The notes: generated by a model not told the origin, from the letters alone. A stretch of DNA of 64,000 nt from an uncultured Bacteroidales bacterium (GCA_947169405.1 CAMVPS010000003.1:23064-87063); one strand, 5' to 3'. Counted from the first letter of the stretch, positions 19,807-29,777 are shown. Translations and numbers: made by a program.

Positions 19807-21150
19807 ATGGCGCGCAAAGCAAAATCGATCAATTTGTTCCCTCGGTTAGCAACTCTTGATACTGTCAAGATTCCAGCCGCGAAGATTCTTGATGCTTTAA
19901 GAGAAAAAGACAAACGGTATCCGGAGTCTTTTCTTCAGAGGTTTATAACCACGAATCGTCGTTCTTTCGACTTTCTAGGAATCTTACCCTCGATTGAGCA
20001 GAATGATTATCGATTCAATCTGGTACTTACGACGTCACACAATATTGGAACGGCCCCGATTTTTACTCCTCAACACAAACCATTTTGTGATATTGTTATT
20101 GGTGGAAGGTACAATGAAGAAGTTGGAGAGTTGATTCCTTTATTAGGAGACTTTATTCGCCCTGAGTATTCCGCAGGGCTTAAGTTAACGAGCTCCTCTC
20201 AACAAACGCCTCCTATCTATCTAGAGTGCTGTCGCTTCGTCGATAAATATGTTGAAGCCAAACAGTTTATCTGGCAAAAGTTCTCGACAGTCACCATGGT
20301 TCAGAATGTTCCCTCATCGGGGACGAACTGGAGTCAATATGCGGTAGATATCGCTCGAAATCCGATGTCTATTAGCATTTTCCACAATCGTCGTAGTATT
20401 CTGACAACAGATCATGAAGAATGGAGAAGAATTAACTATGTTCTTTTCATTGCTCTTAATATACTTTCATCGCCCAAATGTCCGATTCGAGCAAGAACTC
20501 AATACAGAGAGATGATAGATATGCTATCTAGGATGGTGGATATAAATAGTGCGATCCCTACAGAATTATTAGTCTCGCGCGCGTCGGATCCTCGGGTCAT
20601 TAAAGAGCTTAAAGACATTGGAAACCTTATCCTTCAAGGCCATGTAAATCAATTTATTGCGTGGCGGATGGATTATTCGGAGTTCTTCGAGCGCTATGTT
20701 CAATATCTCTTTTCGAGCGTTGCACAGCGAAAAGGTTGTAGTGTATATAAAAATGAGCCTTTCTCCATTTCTGGCAAGAGTAAGCCTCGCTGGGGATTAT
20801 CTTATCTTGAACCAGATTTGATGCTTCAAAAAGAAGGAGTTCAGTACGTTATTGACGCCAAGTATAAAAGCCATATCTTTAATTGGAGAGAGAACTCTGA
20901 AGATTTAAAGACAACTTTCCGCCATGACTTACATCAAGTTCTAGCATATAGTTCTTTCTCTCAGACGCCGCATCGAAATGTAATGCTCGTCTATCCTTAT
21001 AACGAGTTTTACCATAAAGTACTAGAGGTGCGCTCTCCATTAGATCCGACAACAGCATCGATAAACTTCGTAGGAATCCCGATGGAAAAAAGAGCGCTCA
21101 GTGACACGGTGGAGCGTTTGACCTCTATAATCTCTTTTGAAGACGATTGA
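19807..21150 (+). CDS. mcrC: McrC-family PD-(D/E)xK nuclease subunit
   Basis: Directly follows mcrB; FFERYV, LEPDLML, IDAKYK, DLHQVLAY, LVYP. Confidence 0.85.
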   Translation: MARKAKSINLFPRLATLDTVKIPAAKILDALREKDKRYPESFLQRFITTNRRSFDFLGILPSIEQNDYRFNLVLTTSHNIGTAPIFTPQHKPFCDIVIGGRYNEEVGELIPLLGDFIRPEYSAGLKLTSSSQQTPPIYLECCRFVDKYVEAKQFIWQKFSTVTMVQNVPSSGTNWSQYAVDIARNPMSISIFHNRRSILTTDHEEWRRINYVLFIALNILSSPKCPIRARTQYREMIDMLSRMVDINSAIPTELLVSRASDPRVIKELKDIGNLILQGHVNQFIAWRMDYSEFFERYVQYLFSSVAQRKGCSVYKNEPFSISGKSKPRWGLSYLEPDLMLQKEGVQYVIDAKYKSHIFNWRENSEDLKTTFRHDLHQVLAYSSFSQTPHRNVMLVYPYNEFYHKVLEVRSPLDPTTASINFVGIPMEKRALSDTVERLTSIISFEDD

Positions 21151-21317
21151 TCCGTAATACGCCTAGTTTATGGCTTCTCTTCCATAGATGAAGGAAGTTA
21201 GAGAATAAGAGATAGCGTTGTCGTAGGTGGTCATATTAGTGTAGATTATTCTTTTACAGATCAACAAAATACTGGAAGAAGCTATTATTATAGTGCATTG
21301 TTATTAAAAGAACTGCT

Positions 21318-22100
21318 ATGGACTTATCAGGTAAACAAGTATCTCACAAAACGTACGGCAACGGTATCATACAGAAGGGTCCTTTTTTGAATTCCAGCGG
21401 GGCATCTCAGATTGCGGTAGCGTTCGACAGTGGAGAGATTAAGACGTTCAATTTTCCTAACGTTTTTGAAAAAGGTTTTCTAAGCACTCTGGAGTCAGAA
21501 ATCATTTCTGAGATAGAATCAGTGCATAGAGCTGAAGCAGAACGAAAGCGAGAGGAAATAGATAGGAAAGAGAAGGATCTTGCTGCTATCAAAGCAAGCG
21601 TTAATAGTGATGTCATTTTCTCGTGTAAACCGTCTCGCATTTTCATTGTACATCAAGGCATAACCTATAAAAGTGAGTATGAAGGAGGTTATCTATGGGC
21701 ACCTCAATCGGGCGTATTCCACCACGAAAAGATGATAGAAATTCACAAAGGAGATATCATTTTTAATTATAGCAACGGCATTTATGCCATAAGTGAGGCT
21801 CTATGCGACACTTTCAAGTCCAAACAGCCAATCGAACTATATGGGAATGGATGGGACAATGAAGGATATGAAGTCCTTGCAAGATATGAGTTAATTGCCC
21901 CTCCCCTTAGTCTTGATCCTATCAAGGGTGCAATAGTCGCAAAACGAAGCGATCAATACTCTTCATTTGATAGGAATGGAAATGCTAATCAGGGCTACCT
22001 GTATGACTTGGAACCGGATATTGCTAAACTTATAGCTAAGGAAATTCTGAAACGAAAGCATTCTGCCAGGGTCGAAAGCATCCTTAAGAGACTTCCTTGA
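21318..22100 (+). CDS. Hypothetical protein: SH3-like N-terminus, coiled linker, PUA/EVE-like C-terminal domain
   Basis: VSHKTYGNGII N-terminus; GGYLWAPQ...IHKGDIIFNY...QGYLY pattern of PUA-like domains found on modification-dependent nucleases. Confidence 0.6.
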   Translation: MDLSGKQVSHKTYGNGIIQKGPFLNSSGASQIAVAFDSGEIKTFNFPNVFEKGFLSTLESEIISEIESVHRAEAERKREEIDRKEKDLAAIKASVNSDVIFSCKPSRIFIVHQGITYKSEYEGGYLWAPQSGVFHHEKMIEIHKGDIIFNYSNGIYAISEALCDTFKSKQPIELYGNGWDNEGYEVLARYELIAPPLSLDPIKGAIVAKRSDQYSSFDRNGNANQGYLYDLEPDIAKLIAKEILKRKHSARVESILKRLP

Positions 22101-22335
22101 CAGAAGAAGGTCTTACGATATTGCTGGAGAATCCCATCGAAACAGCCCCCTAATTCCGCGCCTCATTGACCCCTGTTTTTTTCCTTTCCATCAATAAACA
22201 AAGCGCAGGCTGATCAGAGAGGGAAACCCTGTCAGACTGCATTCAGTGTCCTTTGTGGCTACGTAGACGAGCTGAACGAGAAGGCTCTTCGTCAGAAGAG
22301 TATCGATGATATTTATTTACCAACCGACAAAACAT

Positions 22336-22917
22336 ATGAAAAGAGTCATATTAGCCAGTGTTGCGGTCCTTGCTTTTTGGACCTGCACAAAAGAAAACCC
22401 AGAGAGCAACAACCAGGAAGCTGTAGTTCCAAAGAGCGAATTTGAGGCCCTCAAGCAAGAGGTGATGCGTCTGAAATCTCAAGTTGAGTCGCTTGCTCCT
22501 GCGGATCCGGCGGATGTCGTTTCTGTTGAAGAGTTTAATGAACTTAAGCAGGAGAATGAGCAACTGAAGACACAGATTGGTCTGTTAACTTCCGGCTTTT
22601 TCGAGGTTGATGGCCTCCGCTTTGACAAGAACGGAACTCTTATATCAGTGCCTAAAATTGAGAATGAAACATCTCAAACAGTAGGGGATAAGACTCTCAC
22701 TACAACAAGGACATACGATGATAAAGGGCGTCTGGTTCAGATATATCGCGCGTATTCTGGAGGGTATTCTATTACTGCGGGATCGCCATTCTACTGGCAG
22801 AGAGTCATATATGAATATAATGGACTTAAATGCAAAACAACTACTCAGACAAGTAAATATGGTTTGGCGGCAGGCACACCATATGAAGAGGAAATAACCG
22901 AAACCACATATTGGTAA
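22336..22917 (+). CDS. Hypothetical lipoprotein with coiled-coil repeats
   Basis: MKRVILASVAVLAFWTC signal; two EF..LKQE coiled segments; RTYDDKGRL. Confidence 0.65.
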   Translation: MKRVILASVAVLAFWTCTKENPESNNQEAVVPKSEFEALKQEVMRLKSQVESLAPADPADVVSVEEFNELKQENEQLKTQIGLLTSGFFEVDGLRFDKNGTLISVPKIENETSQTVGDKTLTTTRTYDDKGRLVQIYRAYSGGYSITAGSPFYWQRVIYEYNGLKCKTTTQTSKYGLAAGTPYEEEITETTYW

Positions 22918-23046
22918 TGCTCATGCAATCAAAGGCGATTCTTCGTTTACGCCTATTATTCTATACGCGTTAAGCTTTTTCGTTGTTAAAGAAATGGTTG
23001 TTGTTCTCTTTCAGCCATTTCTTTTCTGTTGTAAGTCTTCGTCGGG

Positions 23047-23244
23047 GGCCGGTGTGCTCCTGCGGATTTCGGATTTCAGCTGCTAGTGAGCAGGCGGGAA
23101 GGTGCGGTCCCGGAACGGGATGACGCCGTTTGTTTGAGCGCTACTTAGGCCCGCTTGCGGGACTAAGTGAGCGAGTTCGGCGTCAAGCGCCTTCCCGCCT
23201 ACGCGAATAGCTGAAATCCGTCATGACGCAGGAGTGCACTGGCC
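23047..23244. repeat. Long fold-back element, copy 2 (core 23070-23224), inverted relative to copy 1
   Basis: Core matches copy 1; outer stem ggccggtgtgctcctgcg / cgcaggagtgcactggcc. Confidence 0.9.
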
Positions 23245-23254
23245 TCCGTGGGGG

Positions 23255-23578
23255 TTACAGCGACTCCTTTTCCTTCTCCATTCTCGCCCGTCTTTCCTCT
23301 CGCGCCTTGCGGATTTCTTCGTTGATTTCTTCTAAGGTCATATCGGCCGTCCCGTTCAAGACGGCTTGCGCTCTGATTTGTTCTGTTACCCGGCGGGCGC
23401 GCTCTATCAATGCGCGCTCTTCGGATTCCACATCGAAGGGAATTCGTTCACTTTTGATGACGGCACGGGCGAACATGTTGAAGGCGGTGTTGCTGCTCAT
23501 GCCAAAGTCTTTGCAGAGTTCGTCGAATCGTTTTTTGACGTCCGCGTCCATCCGGACAGTAAATGCTGTCTGTGCCAT
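23255..23578 (-). CDS. RelB/DinJ family antitoxin (no adjacent toxin)
   Basis: TVRMDADVKKRFDELCKDFGMS..TAFNMFARAVI....IPF RHH pattern; MTLEEINEEI tail. Confidence 0.85.
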   Translation of the reverse strand: MAQTAFTVRMDADVKKRFDELCKDFGMSSNTAFNMFARAVIKSERIPFDVESEERALIERARRVTEQIRAQAVLNGTADMTLEEINEEIRKAREERRARMEKEKESL

Positions 23579-23650
23579 AGTTCTTGTCTTTGGTGACAAA
23601 TATAATCAAAACAACACCGATTTGCAACCAAAATATTTGTCTTTTTTTGA

Positions 23651-23751
23651 GAGATGCCCGATCAGGTCGGGCATGACGGTGGGGAATAGGTCGGGCATGA
23701 CGGTGGGGAATAGGTCGGGCATGACGGAGGGGGCCGTTCGGGCATGACGGT
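23651..23751. repeat. REP-like hairpin GAGAT-stem-loop-ATGAC followed by about 24-nt tandem half-units
   Basis: gagatgcccgatcaggtcgggcatgac followed by repeats of ggtggggaataggtcgggcatgac; tcgggcatgacgg occurs four times. Confidence 0.85.
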
Positions 23752-23933
23752 GGGGGGCGGTCGTGCAGGGCGGTCGTAGCATCCCCCGGTACACGGGTGG
23801 CGAAGAACGGTCAAGTTGCTGATACTTAATTGACTTTTCCTTAAAAAGGCCACTTCCTCATAGGGAATTTGTTGTTTTTACAAAATTTTAATTAAATTTG
23901 CTCGTTTAGATATTGACCAACTAGCTAGCAACC

Positions 23934-24521
23934 ATGAAAAAACTTGTATCAGTATTACTGTGTCTCGCTCTCGCGATGCCCGTCTTTGCCAAGAATGACA
24001 AGGACCGGAACGAGTTTTCCGTTACGTATGGGCAGTTCACTGCTCCGCAGTTCGCCTATGTGATGGGCGAGGTGTTCGGGGTGATGTTCTCCCTGGGGCA
24101 TGCTTCGTTCGAGGAGCCGCATATGTACGGCGCCGCGGGGATCGAGTATGTGCATTATACCAATGACTGGTTCGGCTTCGGCGGGACGGTCCTGTGCGAC
24201 TATATGACGGCGAAGACTGTCAGTGTGGACAAGGATGGCAACAAGACGCCCAACGGCGATTTCAAGCTGGGCTGCCTGAGCGCGATGCCGCTGGTGAAGT
24301 TCGCGTGGCTGAACCGGGCGCACGTGGGCCTGTATTCCAAGCTGGCCGCGGGCGCGGGGCTGTTCTTCGCGAACGGCAGCGATTCGAAGGACAACATCTC
24401 GTTTGCCTTCCAGGCCACGCCCATCGGCGTGGACTTCGGCGGCGAGCAGTTCCGCGGGTTCGTGGAGGCCGGCGTCGGCTGGCAGGGCATCGTGAGCGGC
24501 GGTGTCCGCTGGATGTTCTAG
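23934..24521 (+). CDS. Outer-membrane beta-barrel protein
   Basis: Signal peptide, alternating beta strands, C-terminal GVRWMF. Confidence 0.75.
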   Translation: MKKLVSVLLCLALAMPVFAKNDKDRNEFSVTYGQFTAPQFAYVMGEVFGVMFSLGHASFEEPHMYGAAGIEYVHYTNDWFGFGGTVLCDYMTAKTVSVDKDGNKTPNGDFKLGCLSAMPLVKFAWLNRAHVGLYSKLAAGAGLFFANGSDSKDNISFAFQATPIGVDFGGEQFRGFVEAGVGWQGIVSGGVRWMF

Positions 24522-24586
24522 TCCGACAGCGTTTGCAAAACCAAACCAAACCAAATACAAACCAATCAACCAATCAATCAACAACC

Positions 24587-27500
24587 ATGATTAAAATGAG
24601 AAAACTGTCTCAGCTGTTCGGACTGCTGGCGGCGCTTCTGCTCCTGCTTCCCGGACAGTCTTTCGCCCAGAACCTGCGCGTACAAGGCCGGGTGCTGGAT
24701 GAGCTGGGAGAAGGGTTGATCGGAGCGGGCGTGGTCATACAAGGGACCACGACCGGAACGATCACCGACATGGACGGTAACTTCTCGCTGACCGTGCCCC
24801 AGGGGGCCACGCTCGAGTTCTCGTGTGTGGGCTACAAGACCCTGGCGCTGCAGGCGACGGCGAGGATGACCGTCAACATGGAAACCGACGCCGATGCCCT
24901 GGACGAGTCCGTGGTCATCGCGTACGGCCAGCAGAAGAAAGTGACCATCACCGGTGCGGTCTCCGCCGTGAGCGGCGAGGGCCTGATGAAGGCCCCGGTC
25001 GCGAACGTCGCGAACGCCCTGCAGGGTAACCTCCCCGGCGTGTCCGCCGTGCAGCCTTCGGGTATGCCGGGCGCCGATGAACCCGTCATCCGCATCCGCG
25101 GTGTCGGATCCCTGAACAGCGCCGAGCCGCTCGTCCTCGTGGACGGCGTCGAGCGTTCCTTCTCGCAGCTCGATCCCAACGAAATCGAGAGCATCTCCGT
25201 CCTCAAGGATGCGTCCGCCACGGCCGTGTTCGGTGTCCGCGGAGCGAACGGCGTCATCCTCGTGACCACCAAGCGTGGTTCCGTGGGCAAGGCCTCCGTG
25301 ACCGCTTCCGCCAATGCCGCCGTGCAGACGATCTCGAAGTTCATCGACTTCGCCGATTCCTACACCTACGGCAAGATGTGGAACTACACCGCCATCACCG
25401 ATGCGCTGCCGATGACCCAGTGGCCGGCCTCCCCGACCATCGCCGACTACACCCCGTACGCCGACACCGGCATCCGGTTCACCCAGGACGTCATGGAGCA
25501 CTTCCGCCTCGGCGACATGCCCCGCACGTTCCCGAACATGGACTGGATCAAGTACATCATGAACGACGCCGCGTGGCAGGAGCAGGCCAATGTGAACGTG
25601 AACGGCGGTACCGAGCGCGTCCGCTACTTCGTGTCCGCCGGCTTCCTGAACCAGGACTCCCTGTTCAAGACCTTCTCGGACAACAAGAACGAGACCTTCA
25701 ACTTCCAGCGACTGAACTACCGCGCGAACCTCGACATCGAGGTCTCCAAGCGCAGCCAGCTGTCCATCACCCTCGGCGGCCGTATGCAGAACCGCAACAC
25801 GATGGGTGGCGGTGAAGGCTTCCTGTTCCGTTACCTGCAGGGCGCGACGCCCTACGCCGGCAGCGGTATCGACGAGGAAGGCCGCCACATCATCGCCGAC
25901 GAGACCATCGTCGGCCAGTTCGACCGCGACGCCCTCGACAACTACTACGACCTCGGATACCAGCTTGAAAGCACCAACGTGCTGAACTTCGACATCCAGT
26001 ACAAGCTGGACATGGGCTTCCTCACCCAGGGTCTCGACTTCAAGGTGAAGGCCTCCTACAACTCCGAGTACACCGCCCGCAAGAACCGCCAGAACGGCTA
26101 CGGCAACGGCGTGAAGTACGTCGCCACCCTCGTGGACGGCAAGGAAGTCCTCCGCAAGGAGAACATCACCTGGCCGCTCCCGTACAGCGAGGCCAAGTGG
26201 GGCAGCCGCAACTGGTACACCGAAGCCAGCCTCAACTACAACCGCCGCTTCGGCAAGCACAACGTGGGCGCCCTCCTGCTCTACAACCAGAGCAAGACCT
26301 ACTACCCGTGGGACTCCAACAACAGCCTGTACCAGTCCATCCCGAAGGGCTACGTCGGCCTCGTCGGCCGCGTCACCTACGACTACGACACCAAGTACCT
26401 GCTGGACTTCAACATCGGCCGCAACGGTTCCGAGAACTTCGCCCCCGGCAAGCGCTACGGCACCTTCCCGTCCGTCTCCCTGGGCTGGATCCCCTCCATG
26501 GAACCCTGGTGGCAGCCCATCGGCAACGTCATTTCCTACCTGAAGCTCCGCGGCTCCTACGGTATCGTCGGTAACGACAACACCAACGGCGCCCGCTTCC
26601 TGTACCTGCCCGGCGCCTGGCAGTTCTACACCGGCGCCACCACCGTGAACCCGCAGAACCGCGGCGCCAACTTCGGTACCTCCGGCGGCTGGCTGCAGGC
26701 CGTCAAGGAGCTCACCACCGGCAACCCGAACGTGACCTGGGAGACCGCGACGAAGATCAACGTCGGTGCCGACGTCACCTTCTTCAGCCGCCTCCACGCC
26801 TATGTGGACTTCTTCTGGGAGGACCGCAAGGACATCCTCGTGTCCAACGCCAACGCCCTCTCCGCCGTCACCTCGCTGCCCTCCAGCTACGTGAACCAGG
26901 GCCGCGTGAAGAACCACGGCTTCGAGGTCACCCTGAACTGGGAGGACCGCATCGGCAACGTCCATTACAACATCTCCCCGAACGTCTCCTTCGCCCGCAA
27001 CCAGGTCATCGAGATGCTCGAGGTTCCGCCGATGTACGACTACCTGAGCCGCACCGGCCTCCCGGTGGGCCAGCGCTTCGGCTATGAGCTGTTCGAGTTC
27101 TACCAGCCCGGCACCGAAGACCGCTACCAGGCCGCCTACGGCAAGCCGATGCCCGACCAGAACATCGACCTCCGCTATGGCGACTGCGTCTATGTGGACC
27201 TCAACGACGACGGCATCATCGACCAGAACGACCAGCACCCGATCGGCTACACCGACAACCCGGAACTGACGTTCTCCCTGAACACCGGCATCCACTACAA
27301 GGGCCTCGACTTCTCGATGCTGTGGACCGGCGCCGACCACGTGAGCCGCACCCTGAACGGCTACTTCCGCGACCAGTTCGGTTCCACGAACACCTCGGCC
27401 CTCACCCAGTGGGTCGCCGACAACTCCTGGACCACCGACAATCCGGACGCCACCCTGCCGCGTATCTCCTTCACCAACCGCGTGCACAACAACCGCGACT

Positions 27501-27745
27501 CCCAGGCGTGGATGATCAACTCCCGGTACGTCCGTCTGAAGAACGTCGAGCTCGGCTACACCTTCAACAAGCCCAAGTTCATGCCGTTCTTCAACTACAT
27601 CCGCGTCTTCGCCTCCGGCCAGAACCTCCTGACCTTCTCCACGTTCGACGGCAACGACCCGGAAGCCCCGGGCTCCGGCCTCGACTTCGGCGTGCGCTAC
27701 CCGATGACCCGCGTCGTCAACATGGGCGTGCAAGTTAACTTCTAA
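24587..27745 (+). CDS. susC: SusC/RagA TonB-dependent transporter 1
   Basis: CarboxypepD-like N-domain, LDESVVIAYG, LKDASATAVFGVRGANGVILVTTKRG, TWET, C-terminal YP...GVQVNF. Confidence 0.95.
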   Translation: MIKMRKLSQLFGLLAALLLLLPGQSFAQNLRVQGRVLDELGEGLIGAGVVIQGTTTGTITDMDGNFSLTVPQGATLEFSCVGYKTLALQATARMTVNMETDADALDESVVIAYGQQKKVTITGAVSAVSGEGLMKAPVANVANALQGNLPGVSAVQPSGMPGADEPVIRIRGVGSLNSAEPLVLVDGVERSFSQLDPNEIESISVLKDASATAVFGVRGANGVILVTTKRGSVGKASVTASANAAVQTISKFIDFADSYTYGKMWNYTAITDALPMTQWPASPTIADYTPYADTGIRFTQDVMEHFRLGDMPRTFPNMDWIKYIMNDAAWQEQANVNVNGGTERVRYFVSAGFLNQDSLFKTFSDNKNETFNFQRLNYRANLDIEVSKRSQLSITLGGRMQNRNTMGGGEGFLFRYLQGATPYAGSGIDEEGRHIIADETIVGQFDRDALDNYYDLGYQLESTNVLNFDIQYKLDMGFLTQGLDFKVKASYNSEYTARKNRQNGYGNGVKYVATLVDGKEVLRKENITWPLPYSEAKWGSRNWYTEASLNYNRRFGKHNVGALLLYNQSKTYYPWDSNNSLYQSIPKGYVGLVGRVTYDYDTKYLLDFNIGRNGSENFAPGKRYGTFPSVSLGWIPSMEPWWQPIGNVISYLKLRGSYGIVGNDNTNGARFLYLPGAWQFYTGATTVNPQNRGANFGTSGGWLQAVKELTTGNPNVTWETATKINVGADVTFFSRLHAYVDFFWEDRKDILVSNANALSAVTSLPSSYVNQGRVKNHGFEVTLNWEDRIGNVHYNISPNVSFARNQVIEMLEVPPMYDYLSRTGLPVGQRFGYELFEFYQPGTEDRYQAAYGKPMPDQNIDLRYGDCVYVDLNDDGIIDQNDQHPIGYTDNPELTFSLNTGIHYKGLDFSMLWTGADHVSRTLNGYFRDQFGSTNTSALTQWVADNSWTTDNPDATLPRISFTNRVHNNRDSQAWMINSRYVRLKNVELGYTFNKPKFMPFFNYIRVFASGQNLLTFSTFDGNDPEAPGSGLDFGVRYPMTRVVNMGVQVNF

Positions 27746-27757
27746 TGCGGAACGAAT

Positions 27758-29758
27758 ATGAAAAAGATATCGAATCTCATCCTGGTGCTGGGCATCGCGT
27801 CCGCTTTCTGCTTCTCCGCGTGCGTCGACAAGTTCGCCGTCGGTGACGCCTTCCTCGAGAAGGCCCCGGGCGTGGACGTCAACATCGACACTGTGTTCAC
27901 GAGCGCAGAATACACCCGCAATTTCCTGTGGAGCGCCTACGGCCAGCTCTACTGCACCTATACGTCCGGAAACATGATGAACGGCGCGCCGATCGACGTG
28001 CTTTCCGACTCCTATCATTGCTACGTCTCCTGGGGCGGCCCCAAGCAGAGCTACTACCCGGGACTTCTGACCGAGGACGCCCAGGATACCGAGAACGGCA
28101 ACTTCCAGGGCAAGTTCTCCTACTCCACCAAGACCGGCGGCCTGAACGCCGACGCCGGCGGCCGCGTCTCCATCTACGAGACTGTGCGCAAGTGCTGGCA
28201 GATCATCAACAACATCGAGCGCGTGCCCGACATGTCCGACACCGAGAAGAGCCGTCTCCGCGGCGAGGCCTACACCATCATGGCCAGCCGGTACTTTGAC
28301 GCGTTCCGCAACTTCGGCGGCCTCTGCCTTGCCCGCAAGGACTACGAGGTGGGCGAGAACCACACCTCCGGCCGCGCCACCGCGATGGAGACCGTCGAGT
28401 TCATCGACTCCCTGATCGTGTGCGCGATCAACGAGCCCGGCTTCGTGTGGAACATCTCCAACGCCGACCAGGGCCAGTGGTCCGGCCGCCTCACCCGCGC
28501 CTCCGCCCGCGCCCTGCGCGCCAAGGTGTGGATGTTCGCCGCCTCCCCGCTGTTCAACAACAAGGAGCCCTACATGGAGTACACCGCCGACAAGGTGACC
28601 GAGTTCACCAACATCGAGCACGTGTGGTTCGGCAAAGAGGATCCCACCCTGTGGAACCGCTGCCTCCAGTACTGCGAGGACTTCTTCAATGACAACGCCG
28701 CGAACGGCAACTACTACGCGCTGGTCCAGCCTACTTCGCAGGACGAGGCCGGTTACCGCCGGGCCTTCCGCCGCGGCTACCGTTACCGCAACGATGCGAC
28801 CAACCACGAGAAGCTGTTCGACGCCCACCCGACCCTCACCCTGTCCGACGGCGGCTATGGCTGGGGCTGGAGAGGCTTCGCCCTCGACTGCCTCCGCCAG
28901 GGCGGCGCCGTGCCGACCAACGAGCTGATGGAATGCTTCGGCATGGCCGACGGCCGCAACTTCCCGTACGAGAACCTCTACGGCGCCGGCAAGAACCCGC
29001 AGGGGATCGACATCTTCGCCGACCGTGACCCGCGCCTGTACGAGACCATCCTGGTTCCCCGCCACAACCTGCCCTCCGGCTTCGACTATGCCGGTAACTC
29101 CTACATGGACAACTGGGTGGGCGGCGCCTTCGAGTACAACAGCAACTTCGGCAACAAGGACGATGTCGCCTCCGGCTACTGCAAGTTCAAGTGGCTGCTC
29201 GACTACTACGGCGGCAACCGCTATGACGACGAGTACATCGGCGTGCCTTACATCCGCCTGGCCGAGATGTACCTCATCCGCGCCGAGGCCAAGGCCGAGA
29301 CCGGCGACCTCCGGGGCGCCCTGGACGACATCCACGTCGTGCGCAGCCGCGTCGGCCTGGGCCGTCTGGAAGTGATGAACCCGCAGCTGAACCTCACCAC
29401 GAACAAGGAGAACCTGATCAACGAGATCCTCCGCGAGCGCAACTGCGAGATTGGCGCCGAGTGTGGCGACCGCCTTTACGACATGGTCCGCCGCAAGCGT
29501 CAGGACCTGTTCACCAAGCCGCTCCACGAGATCCGCATCTATCGCCTCGACGCCAATGGCAACCGCCTGGCCGAAGGAAACCAGAGCTGGGATCCTGCCA
29601 CGCCTTGGCCCAAGTTCGAGTATGAGAAGCCCCAGATCGTCAACGGCGCCCGCCGCTGGTGGGATCCCGGCTTCTGGACGAACAAGTGGTATCTGGACCC
29701 GGTGTCCCGTATCGAAGTGCAGAAGGGGTACGGCCTCACGCAGAACCCCGGTTGGTAA
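27758..29758 (+). CDS. susD: SusD/RagB glycan-binding lipoprotein 1
   Basis: FSAC lipobox, AASPLFN, RDPRL, IRLAEMYL..AEA, ERNCE, QNPGW. Confidence 0.92.
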   Translation: MKKISNLILVLGIASAFCFSACVDKFAVGDAFLEKAPGVDVNIDTVFTSAEYTRNFLWSAYGQLYCTYTSGNMMNGAPIDVLSDSYHCYVSWGGPKQSYYPGLLTEDAQDTENGNFQGKFSYSTKTGGLNADAGGRVSIYETVRKCWQIINNIERVPDMSDTEKSRLRGEAYTIMASRYFDAFRNFGGLCLARKDYEVGENHTSGRATAMETVEFIDSLIVCAINEPGFVWNISNADQGQWSGRLTRASARALRAKVWMFAASPLFNNKEPYMEYTADKVTEFTNIEHVWFGKEDPTLWNRCLQYCEDFFNDNAANGNYYALVQPTSQDEAGYRRAFRRGYRYRNDATNHEKLFDAHPTLTLSDGGYGWGWRGFALDCLRQGGAVPTNELMECFGMADGRNFPYENLYGAGKNPQGIDIFADRDPRLYETILVPRHNLPSGFDYAGNSYMDNWVGGAFEYNSNFGNKDDVASGYCKFKWLLDYYGGNRYDDEYIGVPYIRLAEMYLIRAEAKAETGDLRGALDDIHVVRSRVGLGRLEVMNPQLNLTTNKENLINEILRERNCEIGAECGDRLYDMVRRKRQDLFTKPLHEIRIYRLDANGNRLAEGNQSWDPATPWPKFEYEKPQIVNGARRWWDPGFWTNKWYLDPVSRIEVQKGYGLTQNPGW

Positions 29759-29777
29759 TCTATAACACTGTACGAAT

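Noticed and set aside
23651-23751. 24-nt tandem as a mini-CRISPR
   Set aside because: The intervening sequences are about 10 nt and two are identical; it is a tandem expansion of a hairpin arm.
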